A stretch of 63,967 nucleotides of DNA, counting the filler, from Saprolegnia diclina VS20 (Eukaryota), in the NCBI RefSeq assembly GCF_000281045.1. It is 6 parts of 3 records of this genome, joined end to end, with 100 filler letters (N's around TTAATTAATTAA, not from the genome) between each part and the next. Parts side by side here need not be neighbours in the genome. Positions count along the whole stretch, not along the records: positions 25,320 to 38,752 come from NW_008246145.1; positions 38,853 to 46,770 come from NW_008246145.1; positions 46,871 to 60,370 come from NW_008246145.1; 3 more parts are not named here. One strand, written 5' to 3'. The translations under genes and the position numbers were made by a program. This document shows, piece after piece, positions 36,007 to 48,290 of the stretch; positions within the stretch are counted from its first letter, which is position 1, and each line of letters starts with the position of its first letter. A model generated the notes under the pieces. It ran no database searches. It was given only the letters and a program-made list of their open reading frames with translations, and was not told the origin of the DNA.

Positions 36007-38649
36007 ATGCTGCCGTCCGAGGTGGGCAGGATGCGTCGGCGGCGTCGCCAGCTGCTCACGCTGGGCTACTGCCTGAGCTGTCTTTGGAACCTTGCGTCGC
36101 CGTTGAAAGCGTGGGTCCTCACGCGCTACGGGTTTGCCGCGACCAACGACATTCTGACGCTGACGCTGCAGTGGAACACGGTGCTCAACAGCCGCCTCTT
36201 GACACAGCTGTATTTGGCGGCGGGTATTCCGCTCTCGGGCCCGATCGTGCCGACACGCTATATCAACGTGTTTTTGGACTTTGTCGTCGTGCCGCGCTCG
36301 CAGCTGCTCTGGGCCGCGTCGTTTGAGAACACGAATGCGTCGTCCCAGCTCGACGTCGAGGGTGCGAGTTACCGCTGTCGTCTCAACGGGTCGGCGCAGC
36401 GAGCGCGGTTCGACAAGGACATTGATGCATTTGCATCGTCGGGGTTTCGGCTCTGGGGCAGTGAAGTCATTACCAAGTTCGTTCCGCCCCAGAACGCGCC
36501 GACCAACCTCCAAGAGATCACTGAGGGCGTGCTGTGTCTCCGCGGCATCAATCTCGAAGACTATGTCAACCTTGTGGACCAGTCGCACCTCCAACCGTAC
36601 ACAAACGAGACGGACCTCGCCGCGATCCAAGCGTGGCGTCACACGATGTTCCCCGACCTCAACGCGTGCTTGGCACGACGGCGCGCGCTCATAGCATCCT
36701 CGACCTCGACTGCAGCTGCTCTCAATCTGCTGGCCACCGAGCTCGCAATCAACTACAGTGTCGGGCTTCTCAACGTCGCGGGCAGCGCCCAGCTGTACCG
36801 CCCGATCACCTTCAACGACGGCTATATCGACTTGTCGGGATCTCGGTCTGGCACTGTGACGTACCAGATCAGCGGCCCAGACCCAATGCACGCGCTCTCG
36901 GCGGGCTCGAGCTCTCTTGGCGTCATGCTTGCTGCGCGCGAGACCGCGTGGTGGTGCTCGATCCAGTATGTTGATTCCGTGACCAACCTCCCGAGCCCTA
37001 TCCAGTGCTTTGAGCGGTACAGCTCGACGCTTCCAAGCTTCTTTCTCGGCAAATACCTCGACCATAACACTGGCACGCGGTACCTTGACAACAATGCCTT
37101 GACGAAAACGTCGTCGCGCGGCCAGCTCTCGAGCTACGACTATATTCGCCCAAACGTTGTACCGCTCGAGGCGATAACGACAGTGCAGCCTGGCAACCTC
37201 ACGGGCTGGAACGCTCTATGGAAAGACCTATTGCGCGCGGTGGACGCGAATGTGGCGGCGTCGGACGGCCTCGAGGAGCTGTGCTTTGTCGGCGACGGCT
37301 GCTTTAGCGCGTGTGCCAACGCCAGCGCCAGCGGCGGCGCCACGCTCACGTACCGCCGCGGCAACACTTGCGTAGCGACCGCCGACACGATCGCGCACGG
37401 CCTTGCAGATGTGTTTGCAGACATGGCCTGCTTTGCTCTAGGCCGCGGCTCCGACGCTGTTCTCATCACATCGATTGGCATTGATGGGACGCGCAAGCAA
37501 GCGGTTGCCGCCAAGACGGCCAGCCCCACAGCCATCTGGACGTGTCTCATTGGCGGGCGCGCACCGCAGACGTCGTACCCGTCGCTGGTCGTCGATCTCT
37601 TGAGCCAAGGCACGCAAGCAACGCTCGTGGTGGTCAAGTCGAATGGCAGCGAAGCCACGATTCTCAACTTTTTGTCGCTCCTCGCGCTCGGTGGCGACAT
37701 CTACTACAGCTTTGAAACCGGTCGCTACCTCTATAAGCTCTATACGTGGTTTGACGCGCACCGGCAGCTGCGCATGCACGCGGCCCAGCGCGTCTTTAGC
37801 GTAGTCAATTCGAGCGTGAGCGGCGCGATCTGGGCCCGTCACCGTCTCTTCATGCGCACGGCTACGTTTCTCGGTCTTTGCGCGTGGCACCTCGGCGCGA
37901 TGCAGAGCGAATGTGCGTGGGCCGACACGATCAACGACGTCAGTGTCGACGCGCAGTACGCCTGCCATGTGAAAATCTGGGGCCACGTAGCGTCCAACGC
38001 CGACAGACTCCGGTTGGTTTCGTGCTCGTGGAATCTGTTTGCGATGGCGTTTCTCGATACGATGCCCGGGATTACTGTCAACGCGGCTGGGTACGCGCTG
38101 GCGTGGTTCTCGCTGGGGCTGCTGCCATTGACGCTTCTTGCCGCGGGCGTCGCCCAAGTGTGCGCGTGGCGACTCGTGCTGCCGGGTCTCGCCTGGGTCC
38201 ACAACCAGCTCTTCCTCGTGCTTTTGTGGGCGTTGGTGCTACGTTGCTTGCGTCATCCATCCGTGCAGCGATGCCTGGTGCTGTGCATCACACCGCTGCT
38301 CGAGGTCGTGCGCGTGCGGTCGCAGAAGCTCGATAAATCGAGTCCGTTCTTTGGCCTCATTGGGCCAAGCTTTTGGATCGACGTGGCCGAGTGGCGACCC
38401 GAGCCGACCAAATACGTTCCATTGAGCGTCCTCCTCGAGTGCTCCAACGTACGCATTGCCAATGTTGTTGCGCACGAGTACTTTGCGTGCGGCCTCTGCG
38501 ATGACGAACGCAGCGCGGGCTCCATAGCTTCCAATCATCCGACTTGGCTACACGCATCGAGCGAGTACTATGTCTGCGTCCACGCATGCGAACAAGCATG
38601 CTACGTACGGTCATGTAGCACCCCGGCCTGTCACGGGACCAAGACATGA
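36007..38649 (+). CDS. Intronless multi-pass membrane protein of an oomycete-expanded family, function unknown
   Basis: Long ORF (from 35962) with N-terminal TM after RRRRR, a large Cys-containing loop with N-x-S/T sites, and several C-terminal hydrophobic helices. Start uncertain. Confidence 0.8.
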   Translation: MLPSEVGRMRRRRRQLLTLGYCLSCLWNLASPLKAWVLTRYGFAATNDILTLTLQWNTVLNSRLLTQLYLAAGIPLSGPIVPTRYINVFLDFVVVPRSQLLWAASFENTNASSQLDVEGASYRCRLNGSAQRARFDKDIDAFASSGFRLWGSEVITKFVPPQNAPTNLQEITEGVLCLRGINLEDYVNLVDQSHLQPYTNETDLAAIQAWRHTMFPDLNACLARRRALIASSTSTAAALNLLATELAINYSVGLLNVAGSAQLYRPITFNDGYIDLSGSRSGTVTYQISGPDPMHALSAGSSSLGVMLAARETAWWCSIQYVDSVTNLPSPIQCFERYSSTLPSFFLGKYLDHNTGTRYLDNNALTKTSSRGQLSSYDYIRPNVVPLEAITTVQPGNLTGWNALWKDLLRAVDANVAASDGLEELCFVGDGCFSACANASASGGATLTYRRGNTCVATADTIAHGLADVFADMACFALGRGSDAVLITSIGIDGTRKQAVAAKTASPTAIWTCLIGGRAPQTSYPSLVVDLLSQGTQATLVVVKSNGSEATILNFLSLLALGGDIYYSFETGRYLYKLYTWFDAHRQLRMHAAQRVFSVVNSSVSGAIWARHRLFMRTATFLGLCAWHLGAMQSECAWADTINDVSVDAQYACHVKIWGHVASNADRLRLVSCSWNLFAMAFLDTMPGITVNAAGYALAWFSLGLLPLTLLAAGVAQVCAWRLVLPGLAWVHNQLFLVLLWALVLRCLRHPSVQRCLVLCITPLLEVVRVRSQKLDKSSPFFGLIGPSFWIDVAEWRPEPTKYVPLSVLLECSNVRIANVVAHEYFACGLCDDERSAGSIASNHPTWLHASSEYYVCVHACEQACYVRSCSTPACHGTKT

Positions 38650-38876
38650 CAGTAGCAGGTTTGTTTAATAAAGGGCACTGTCATGACCCGTATCTGAACT
38701 CACACTTCATTTGCCACGATGCGAAAGGCGGTTTCGTGACGTGGCACAACGANNNNNNNNNNNNNNNNNNNNNNNNNNNNNNNNNNNNNNNNNNNNTTAA
38801 TTAATTAANNNNNNNNNNNNNNNNNNNNNNNNNNNNNNNNNNNNNNNNNNNNAGCGAGCGGCGTTGCGAGAACCGA

Positions 38877-39978
38877 CAAGCCACGAACGACAAAAGATAT
38901 TGCTCTGCCGCGTGGCCAGTGGGTCGTTCCATGTAACTTGCGCGACTCCTGAAATTTCAACGTCGGTTCGCTCGAGTGCACATTTTTCACTTCGCCAGTG
39001 GCCGATTCTCCATCTCACGTGGGTTCAGAGAGGCGTCGGAGCGATCAGTCGACTGTGTTGTGTTCGAGCATACTGAACTCAAGTCTACTGCGTTTTCAAA
39101 GTATTGACACCTATCATATATTGGACAAACAAACGTGTAGACGACTGCATTCGACGTTGGAATGGCAGGTATGATCGAAAAGCGACTTCTAACTTTCCTG
39201 CTTCTTTCTGAGGCTGCCACGTAGGGTGCAGCCACTTATTGCGAGTCGTTTGTGGCTGTGAACTAACGCGTTTCAGGTAGGATTGCGAGGATGCATCGTA
39301 GTCGACTTTGACACTTTGCATTTTGCCATGAACACGGTCAACCCCACCGACAACGAGTGCCAATACACATACAAGCCGTGCACGAACCCGCGGTCGCGAA
39401 AGAANNNNNNNNNNNNNNNNNNNNNNNNNNNNNNNNNNNNNNNNNNNNNNNNNNNNNNNNNNNNNNNNNNNNNNNNNNNNNNNNNNNNNNNNNNNNNNNN
39501 NNNNACGCGTTTCAGGTAGGATTGCGAGGATGCATCGTAGTCGACTTTGGCACTTTGCATTTTGCCATGAACACGGTCAACCCCACCGACAACGAGTGCC
39601 AATACACATACAAGCCGTGCACGAACCCGCGATCGCGAAAGAAGAGCGGGTCACTCCACTCGTTCTGCGAGTACCACCGACAAAAAGCCAACGCGCTTTA
39701 GAAGGCACATGACCGAAGGAAGCGCCTGCGCGAGGCAGACGCGATGCGAGCTATCACGACGTCTCGGCCAACACCGATCGAACCGACTCGAACACGGTCA
39801 ATTGCTACGTCGGCATCGTTTGACGTCGAAGACATCCGCTTCTTGAACGAGTGGCTGCTCGATACCAACAACGTTGACGCTGACGACTACCTTGACGAGA
39901 CGAGTAGCAGTACGAGTCCCTTGACCGCCGAAGACTATGCCATCTTGTGTGACATCTTTCGTGGGCCTTGACGAGATG
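38877..39978 (+). repeat. Left arm of an inverted segmental duplication (partner 44946-45808)
   Basis: Reverse-complement match from acaagccacgaacgacaaaagatattgc to gtgggccttgacgagatg, covering promoter and gene. Confidence 0.9.
39567..39971 (+). pseudogene. Small CCCH-motif protein copy with premature stop
   Basis: Near-identical to 44953-45357, but codon CAA (ALQK) is TAG at 39699-39701. Confidence 0.8.
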
Positions 39979-40955
39979 AATTGCAGTCGTCTGTGTATTT
40001 GATTAAATATCAGTCTATCAACGGGTAGTGCACTAAATAATGTAGTTGTACGCAGGCATTTCATGGCATTGTTGCCGACGTGCTTTGAACGGATAACAGG
40101 CACGTTTGGAAGACGATGTGGCGGATTTACGGATATGAAGGGGTATGGTATCCAAACGTCCACGTGGAACAGCCGTATTGCAAGCTCGAGCAACGCCGCA
40201 TAGAACCGTACCCGTCGTATTGTAGTAGTAGGTGCAAGCGTGTTGTCAGCAAGCGCTGGCAGCAAGTGGTGTCCAAGCCCCTGCGTCGCATGCGACGGTG
40301 CAATTTGAAACCAAGGACGACAGTATGCTAGTGCATTGTCGTGTTGTCGTCTCTGAGGCGCGTGTTCCAAGCCATTCCATAAGCGGCTCCATGCCAGTGT
40401 TCAAATATATCAACCTAGCGAGTAGAGTTGCATCGGGCGATCAAGTGAACGCATGCGACGACGGCGCATGAGGAACTGTCGATAAACTGTTATGTTCAAA
40501 AGGGCTCAACAGGGCGTTCCTGCCTTTCAACAGCAGTATACGCCGCGTTGAGTTCAAGCAACAGGCTAATCATTCCCTTGGTGGCTTTGCACGATCACCT
40601 TTTCTTCTACCTTGCCGTTTGCCGAGCGGTCGAACGGCTCGAGCGCCCATTGCTCACTGGCCACCGTTCGCCTCTGCCTCCAACTGCCCAGCCTTCACGG
40701 TTTACACGAGAGCTAATATCCATCGAGCTTTGCATTACGCGACGTATTATTTGCCCGTTTGGAGTGGCGTATGTCGTCAAATATGATAGGCGTGTATTTG
40801 GTTATCAATCAATCTAGGCAGTATGGACTACTGACCACTCGTCGCATCCACGCGGTGCTGCTTCTCCCCAAGGCGAGGCCAAGTATGCGTACAGCACCTG
40901 CAGCTGCCCTCGAAGGATGCGCTAACATGAGATCACTTGACAAAATCCGACCGCG

Positions 40956-41354
40956 ATGGCATCCCTCAGCCCCGACCTCCAGTGCCAATACACGTACAAG
41001 CCGTGCTTCAACCCGCGCTCGACCAAGAAGAACGGGTCGCTCCACTCGTTTTGCGAGTACCACCGGAAGAAGGCCAACGCGATTCAAAAAGCCCATGCAA
41101 CCAAGAAGCGGCTACGCGAAAGCGGCCTCGCCGAAGACCACCGAGAAGTGGCCGCACCGTCCATCTTTATTGCGTCGCAGCCGGCGCGGCCGCGGCTCTC
41201 GACGCCGTCCTTTGATGGCGACGATGTTCGATTTTTGCACGAGTGGCTCGTCCAGCATGACACGCTCGAAGAAGTAGATACCAACTACGTTGGCACGACC
41301 GACGAGATTGAGCTTACGCCCGACGACTATGCGATTCTCCGGGATTTGTTTTGA
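40956..41354 (+). CDS. Small CCCH-motif protein with acidic C-terminus (132 aa), putative transcription regulator
   Basis: CQYTYKPCFNPRSTKKNGSLHSFCEYHRKKANAIQK...ELTPDDYAILRDLF. Confidence 0.8.
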   Translation: MASLSPDLQCQYTYKPCFNPRSTKKNGSLHSFCEYHRKKANAIQKAHATKKRLRESGLAEDHREVAAPSIFIASQPARPRLSTPSFDGDDVRFLHEWLVQHDTLEEVDTNYVGTTDEIELTPDDYAILRDLF

Positions 41355-41803
41355 GAAAGACTATCGAATGAGAATGATATGTGGCGTCGCCTCAACTGTA
41401 CGTACGTCGACGATGACACATGCGTCGGAACGTTCCGTCTCTTCGAGTCAGTGTGACAGAAGCTTCGAGTCGCGCATTGCACGCTATCCCACGACCGCAA
41501 CGCACTCCATGCCTAGTACATATCTTACGTCGCATACAAAACCGATATTTTGTCTTTTGCATTGTGGATCAACTTCTGAAAACAAGCGCGCGATCCAGGA
41601 ATTGAACCGCCATGCCTTTGAATCCGAGTCACGTGAGCCCACGATGGCACAGCACTCACCGCCATCTCGTTCGCGTCGGTCTCGATCGAGTGGTCCCCTA
41701 CCCCTACCCTACCCCGCCTCTCGCACTTCGACAACACCATTTCAGTTCATGCAAACACACAATGTACAACGTGGCATCGGCATTTCTTGTGTACATGATG
41801 CGA

Positions 41804-43061
41804 CTACAGAGCCCACTCGAGGAGCGTGTGGTGGTCGGTGTGGACCATCGGGTAGTACGCCTCTTCGAGTGCTTGTTTGAAGCGGAGCATCTGCGCTTCC
41901 TCCGAGCCGTCGCCCAAATCAAATTCGGACATGGCCGCGTCTTCGCGCCACGAGATGTGGCGGCCATCGACAATGTACGACGCGTTGAAGAAGACCGCGC
42001 GGAGCCGCGTCTTGGTCGGCGACACACGCTCGAGGACAAACCTAGTCCATATTAATGACCATTGTGCGCGATTTCTAACTGATACCAGCACATGCGGTTG
42101 CACCACTGCAAATTCGAGGGCAGGAGCTCGTCCTGGTAAAAGTTGCCCGTCACAAAGACGATGCGGTCGGGCGTCGAGAATTCGCGGCAGACGTAGTAGC
42201 TCGACTCTTCCGGGTTGAACACTGTGCGGCGGTAAATCATGTTGGTATCAATGCTCTGGACCAGCTACATAGAAAGTATACAGTAAGACAATAGGAGCAC
42301 ACAGCTCGAATCTACCTCTTCGTTCATAAATTCGACCATGTACGGCCGCGTGTCGCCGCGGAGCAGCGACCAGATCGGGTCGCGCATGCCCGTCATGACG
42401 GCGTCCAGCGGCAGATCAAACTCGTGCTGGATACGCATGACAACATTGACCGAGTCGTGCTGCCCATCGAGGATCACGGTATCCGCGAGGTTCCCATGCG
42501 TCGGAAACTCGCTGTACTGCAGCATCCGGTCCGTGTTGTGAAGTAAATGCTGGCTGTACCAGTCGAGGCCCAGCCGGCGGCTCGTTGGCTCGGCGAGCAG
42601 CGTCGTTTGGCCCCAGACTGTGCCTTTCGGAAGCGTTTTCTATAGTCAACGTGATCGAGCGCTCGCACAAGATCGTATGCACGTACCGGCGCGACGGTCG
42701 AGGACATGGACGCGACCCAGGCTGCCATGCGCTCGCTGAGCTGGAGCAGCTTGCGCTGCTTGGCCTTCAAGCCACGGTGCTCCTCAAGCGCTTCGTTGGA
42801 CGCTTCGGCAAAGATGGACGCAATCTCGCTCCACGGTAGCGCCTTGGTGATCTTGGTCGTGGGCTTGGGCAGCGCGGCGACCTCGGCCTGGAGCGCGTGG
42901 AGCTGGTCCTGGAGCGCGTCCCGCTCGATGAAGAAGCGCTCGCGGAAGCGCTGCTGCTTGAGGCGGTTCTGGAGCCGCTGGTGCTCCTTCATCTCGGCGG
43001 CCGACTGCGGGCGCTTGGACTTGGGCGGCCGGCCGCGGGGCTTGGGCGCAGCGACGTCCAT
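41804..43061 (-). CDS. bZIP-like / START-like family protein with N-terminal AT-hook-like motif, multi-exon
   Basis: KPRGRPPKSK; QNRLKQQRFRERFFIERDALQDQL; LPWSEIA; GLDWYSQHLLHNTDRML. GT-AG introns. Confidence 0.75.
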
Positions 43062-44945
43062 CGTCTCGGAAAATGGTGCGAGTTGTGACACATGCAGATC
43101 GGCCGCGCATCCGATTGGCTGAAATTCCACGACCATGGGTGCAGGGCTTGGACCTTCGACGCGCGGACGCGTTAAAGTCGTGCATACCGCGGGTAAAATA
43201 CGTTTTTCTCAGCCATGCCCACGAGCGCTTTATTGCATTGATGCATGCAGACTTGCCAAGAGATCCAACACCGTGCTATCAAGGCGTTGATTCGCCTGAC
43301 GCTATCACAAGCCACCGACGGCCACGACTGACGAAGAAGCCAGGTGAAGTGGCGAGCATGCCAGTGCACCCACTGCACCGTCAGGCAGAGCTCAAGTCGT
43401 GCGTGGACGGATGTGCACTTTTGTTGCATTCTATAGAGCAGCACTGTGACAGAGGCGACACTGAGGCACACACAGTGGTGTCGGCAAGGTCTGCAAGCAG
43501 TGCCAACGTGGGCTGGAGCGATTTCCTGTGTAAGCTCTCATACACTCTGCTTTGGCTCTTACCTTGCGTCCAATGGACCGCGCGTTACCGACGCCCATGT
43601 AGGATTACGCATCGCGTGCGCAAAGACATCCATGCTTGAAGCGCTACGAAGCGACATGGTTGGGCGTCTTCTGACGTTAAACGCGTCGTTGCGTTAAATA
43701 GGGGCGAATCTGTCGGTTTGACACGCTAAAACGCGGGATTCGGGCGCCTGAATTGGATGAATTCGGCAAACCAAAGGAAACTAGTCATTGCTTAATCGAT
43801 AGAAATTCAACAACAATTGCTTAATCGATAGAAATACACTAACCGCATTTCTTTTCGTGTATAAGGGCTGGAGCTCCCAGGGACCCATTGCGGTCCTACG
43901 CTTACTTGTCGCGCCCAACAAAAATCGGGGACCCAGAGAACTTGGTGCGTTCCTATATGCTTGAGCGCTCTGACGAGTCTCTTGATTGGACGCCTCGAAA
44001 ACGATCGGATTCGATGACAAAAATCGTCGCCAAAAGCTGGGTGCGAAATTTGACGAACGCATTCGACAAGCTTGCTCCCTCCACGAGGCTCTGGACGCGC
44101 AGCCGCCCACACCAGCGATTGGAGAAATCTCTCATTACGAAACGTGGATGGGCCGAGCAGCTGGCCTCGATGCACTAGATATGGGCAGCGGGAATGCAAT
44201 AACTTTCTCAGCAGCGGGCTCTACTTGCATGCCCGTCGTTCATCCATGGGCGGCAACGTCTGGAGCGAGGCGAGTCAAATGACGACATTGTGTTAGAGCA
44301 TATTGACAGGTTTTCTCTAAGCGGTATGTATCCTTGAGCTGGTCGACCAGGGCTGACCAATGTGCCGAATCCAGGGGTCATTCTCGCTACTTATCTTAGT
44401 GCGACGATTGTCGTCCCATCGTGGCTCGAACTAGATGAGTACGACTTCCATCTCCGGGCAACTGGCGTTAGCGGAAAGGTGAGGGCGACCAGAAGCACCC
44501 AGTTCTCTGTATTCCGTTTCCTTGTCATCAATACAACGGAAAGGCTTCTAGGGCACTACGTAACTACTGCACTCGGACTCGAATAGCCATCTTCGCATTG
44601 TGGCGCAGGGCTTGGTGGCGCGGGGCTTGGACTACTTGCTGCAGCAAGTGCTAGTTGAGACCTTGTTTGTACCAACACTGCTATCGAAATGCAGTCGAGG
44701 GAGCGCTTTTCGGAGCTGCGTCGTGAGCTCCTTTAACGTGGACGTTTCCAAGCCATACTTGGTGGTATCCGTAAATCTGCCTATGTTGCCTGTAAAAGGT
44801 CGTAAAAGGTACCCGTTATCCGTACGACGGACCGTGAAAACCATATTCTGAAAATACTCCACAACACTCAATTGTGCAAGTTGATGGATTGATACTACAG
44901 AGACCGCGAAGGAAAAAATAGCTATGGAAAAGATGTCCTCGTAAC

Positions 44946-45808
44946 CATCTCGTCAAGGCCCACGAAAGATGTCACACAAGATGGCATAGTCCTCGGCGGT
45001 CAAGGGACTCGTACTGCTACTCGTCTCGTCAAGGTAGTCGTCAGCATCAACGTTGTTGGTATCGAGCAGCCACTCGTTCAAGAAGCGGATGTCTTCGACG
45101 TCAAACGACGCCGACGTAGCAATTGACCGTGTTCGAGTCGGTTCGATCGGTGTCGGCCGAGACGTCGTGATCGCTCGCATCGCGTCTGCCTCACGCAGGC
45201 GCTTCCTTGCGTCATGTGCCTTTTGAAGCGCGTTGGCTTTTTGTCGGTGGTACTCGCAGAACGAGTGGAGCGACCCGCTCTTCTTTCGCGACCGCGGGTT
45301 CGTGCACGGCTTGTATGTGTATTGGCACTCGTTGTCGGTGGGGTTGACCGTGTTCATGGCAAAATGCAAAGTGCCAAAGTCGACTACGATGCATCCTCGC
45401 AATCCTACCTGAAACGCGTGAGTTCACAGCCATAAACGACTCGCAAAACGTGGCTGCACCCTACGTGGCAGCCTCAGAAAGAAGTAGGAAAGTTAGAGGT
45501 CGCTTTCCGATCATACCTGCCATTCCAAAGTCGAATGTAGACGTCCACATGTCTTTTGTTTAATCCTTTTTTAAATGTGATTGGTACCTATCATACATGA
45601 ACTTGAATTTAGTAGGCTCCAACACAAACAGTCGACTGATCGCTCCGACGCCTCTCTGAACCCACGTGAGATGGAGAATTGGCCACTGGCGAAGTGAAAA
45701 ATGTGCACTCGGGCGAGCCGACGTTGAAATTTCAGAAGTCGTGCAAGTTACATCGAACGACCCACTGGCCCCGCGGCAAAGCAATATCTTTTGTCGTTCG
45801 TGGCTTGT
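44946..45808 (-). repeat. Right arm of the inverted duplication
   Basis: Reverse complement of 38877-39978, excluding the gap-associated local duplication. Confidence 0.9.
44953..45357 (-). CDS. Small CCCH-motif protein (134 aa), intact copy
   Basis: MNTVNPTDNECQYTYKPCTNPRSRKKSGSLHSFCEYHRQKANALQK...LTAEDYAILCDIFRGP. Confidence 0.8.
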   Translation of the reverse strand: MNTVNPTDNECQYTYKPCTNPRSRKKSGSLHSFCEYHRQKANALQKAHDARKRLREADAMRAITTSRPTPIEPTRTRSIATSASFDVEDIRFLNEWLLDTNNVDADDYLDETSSSTSPLTAEDYAILCDIFRGP

Positions 45809-48290
45809 TGATACGAAGTCTCGAGTCGCATGCAGTGGTATACACTGGACTTTTCGCAGCTTGCAAAGGACTACAAGAAGTTCGCCGAGTGACTTTAGCA
45901 CAACAAGACGTCATTACCACTACTTCTTACTCGTGTGCGGTACAGCCCGGCTGTTGTTGCGATGCGATGCGACTCCGTGGACACGACCTGATGCAAGGAG
46001 CAAACGATTCTCAGTCACGCTACCGACTTGGTAGAATTAGGTTCTTAACCGTGCAGATCCAGCCGCTTCATGCGTGGTTCTGTTTCCTATCTCTGCTCAC
46101 TTGGCCACACAGCAAGGCTCCCGTCTCTGGCAATCGAAGCATGTTGTGATAGATAAGGACGTCAGACCTTGACGGCGGGTCACCGCTCTGAGCCACAGAC
46201 AAACCGGCTCACACTACCCAAAACATGCGACACGAACTTAACCTTGACGCCTATCATATTTGCTGTTCGTTTGGATACCGAGTGTCCTCAGTGGCTGGCG
46301 TCTGCTTGCGATTGAATGGGATTGTGAGCTGTCGACCGTGTTGGAGTCAGGCAACAACGACACCCCAGCTTGCCAATAGTGCGACCCTTGTCGTCCAGCG
46401 CGCCCAATCCGTGGAGTCTGGATTATTCGCGGCGCGATGCTGCATTTTCCCCGCATATACTCGTACACTTCCAAAGTAGCTATCAACCGCCAAGTCGTAC
46501 AAGTAATCAAGGTTGCATCGCTCTGTAGACTGGGTTGTTGTGACTGAACCCAGTGCATGTACTACGGTATGCAGACGCGCAAGCAGTGCATCGTACCGAC
46601 AATACCTCTCCGGTATTATGAGTCGTTCAATCTATCAACTCATCCACAGAGACCATTAACACACAGGTCCAAGCAGCGGCAACAGCCATTGCCACGGGTC
46701 TCGAAACAAGGTGGCCTCCAGCAGGTGGACGGTGAGGGTCCGACCATCATTCTGCTTCAACATATGGTAGNNNNNNNNNNNNNNNNNNNNNNNNNNNNNN
46801 NNNNNNNNNNNNNNTTAATTAATTAANNNNNNNNNNNNNNNNNNNNNNNNNNNNNNNNNNNNNNNNNNNNATGAACAATCAAAGAAAGGGAAACAACTCG
46901 ACATAGTAGGTACTTTAGTCCATCGTCATAGTGTAGCCAGTGGCAACAACATCAAATGATCGTTTGCTCCACGGACCTTGCTGCGACATTATTCACGGCC
47001 CTTGCATCGCTGTCAACGAGCTTCTAGTCGAGTGTCCGTTGAGACATTATGACAAAAAGGTATACATTATTAGACCAACTAACGCTGGAATATGTACCGC
47101 AGATCGCAGCCCTTTCAGAGTCCAAAGATGTTGGGTACACAAGGCACACCAAAGGTACCCTTGAGCATCATCACGCGTGGCGTCGGGGTGATAGATGACG
47201 CCTTCCGCTCAGCTTCAGACCCAGTGTCTCGGAGCGTACTTCAAGTGGATTGGTTGTTGCAACAATTCTACAACTCGTTTAGCCCAAAGGACAAGTAAAA
47301 TGATGTTGCGCGTCGGCGCTTACGTGGCGTGAGACGCATGCACACCTGCTGGGATGGACACCATCGTCGCAGCTGCGAGGACAATGACTCATCGGTTGGA
47401 GGTCCGCGCGGCAAGGTACTCGATGTCTAGAATAATGGAGGTTGACAAAGAAAAGGCTGCACGGATGAATCGGAGCGTGGGGTATGTACGACACCTCGTG
47501 CCAAGCGTAATGCGCTCAACGACGACTTCGACGCGCCACATCAACGTAGGATCGCTGGCCCACGGTTTGATCCTTAGGATGGACGAGAAAATTGGCTTGG
47601 AAAACGAACGGTTCGACTCTGCTTTCGCACATGCTGGCTACCGAAACGTCTGACCACAGCAAAACGCATATCTGTCGCGACAGTACACCAAGAGCAGCAG
47701 CGGCGCGCCCATTGGCAGGCCGCACGTGTCAGCTTGAATCGAATCCCGCAACCGTATTGCCAGTCAACCGAGTACTGTGGCGGCGCCACGTAGCATCCTG
47801 GGTGAGCGTGGGATGGCGCGCCACGTACAGCTCCAAGCGCACTGCTTTGTCACACAACCGAATCGCGCTGCCCAGTCGTGCAAAAGTGGTCTACTTACCG
47901 TAAGTGGTCGGCAGCTGCGGGAGGAAGCTTTGCGAATGAACGGTTGCGATGGCGGGCCAGCCGCCGGTCCGATAGGTCAATGGCTAGCTACTTTGGATCG
48001 GCAGCGGTTGTCGCTTGGCGACGCGTGGCCTTGCACTCACGTTGTCTCGCAGCAGAGGCAAGGCGGCGTCCTTCGAGGAGTCGTCTTGAGCCAAGAAGAA
48101 GAAGAAGAACCAACTGGGCAGAAATCAGGGGCCAAATTGCCTTTTTGAGGCTCATGTCGCAAACTTGAGTTTTATATATATATGGCGACCGCACTATACA
48201 TTTGATGAGACGACCATGTCAAACTCTTGGGTGCACCACAATTTAATTCTTCGTGGACCTGCACCAGTACTTGCGCAGCAGTACACTAGC

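Noticed and set aside
39266..39643. Apparent fourth CCCH gene start (39328-39404) duplicated across a gap
   Set aside because: ~140 bp repeated on both sides of a small gap with two substitutions; most likely allelic contig overlap.
43700..44940. Possible decayed gene or TE fragments (also 16796-18032, 46870-47900 and 51200-52250)
   Set aside because: Stop-interrupted frames, and I found no diagnostic motif, TIR or TSD.
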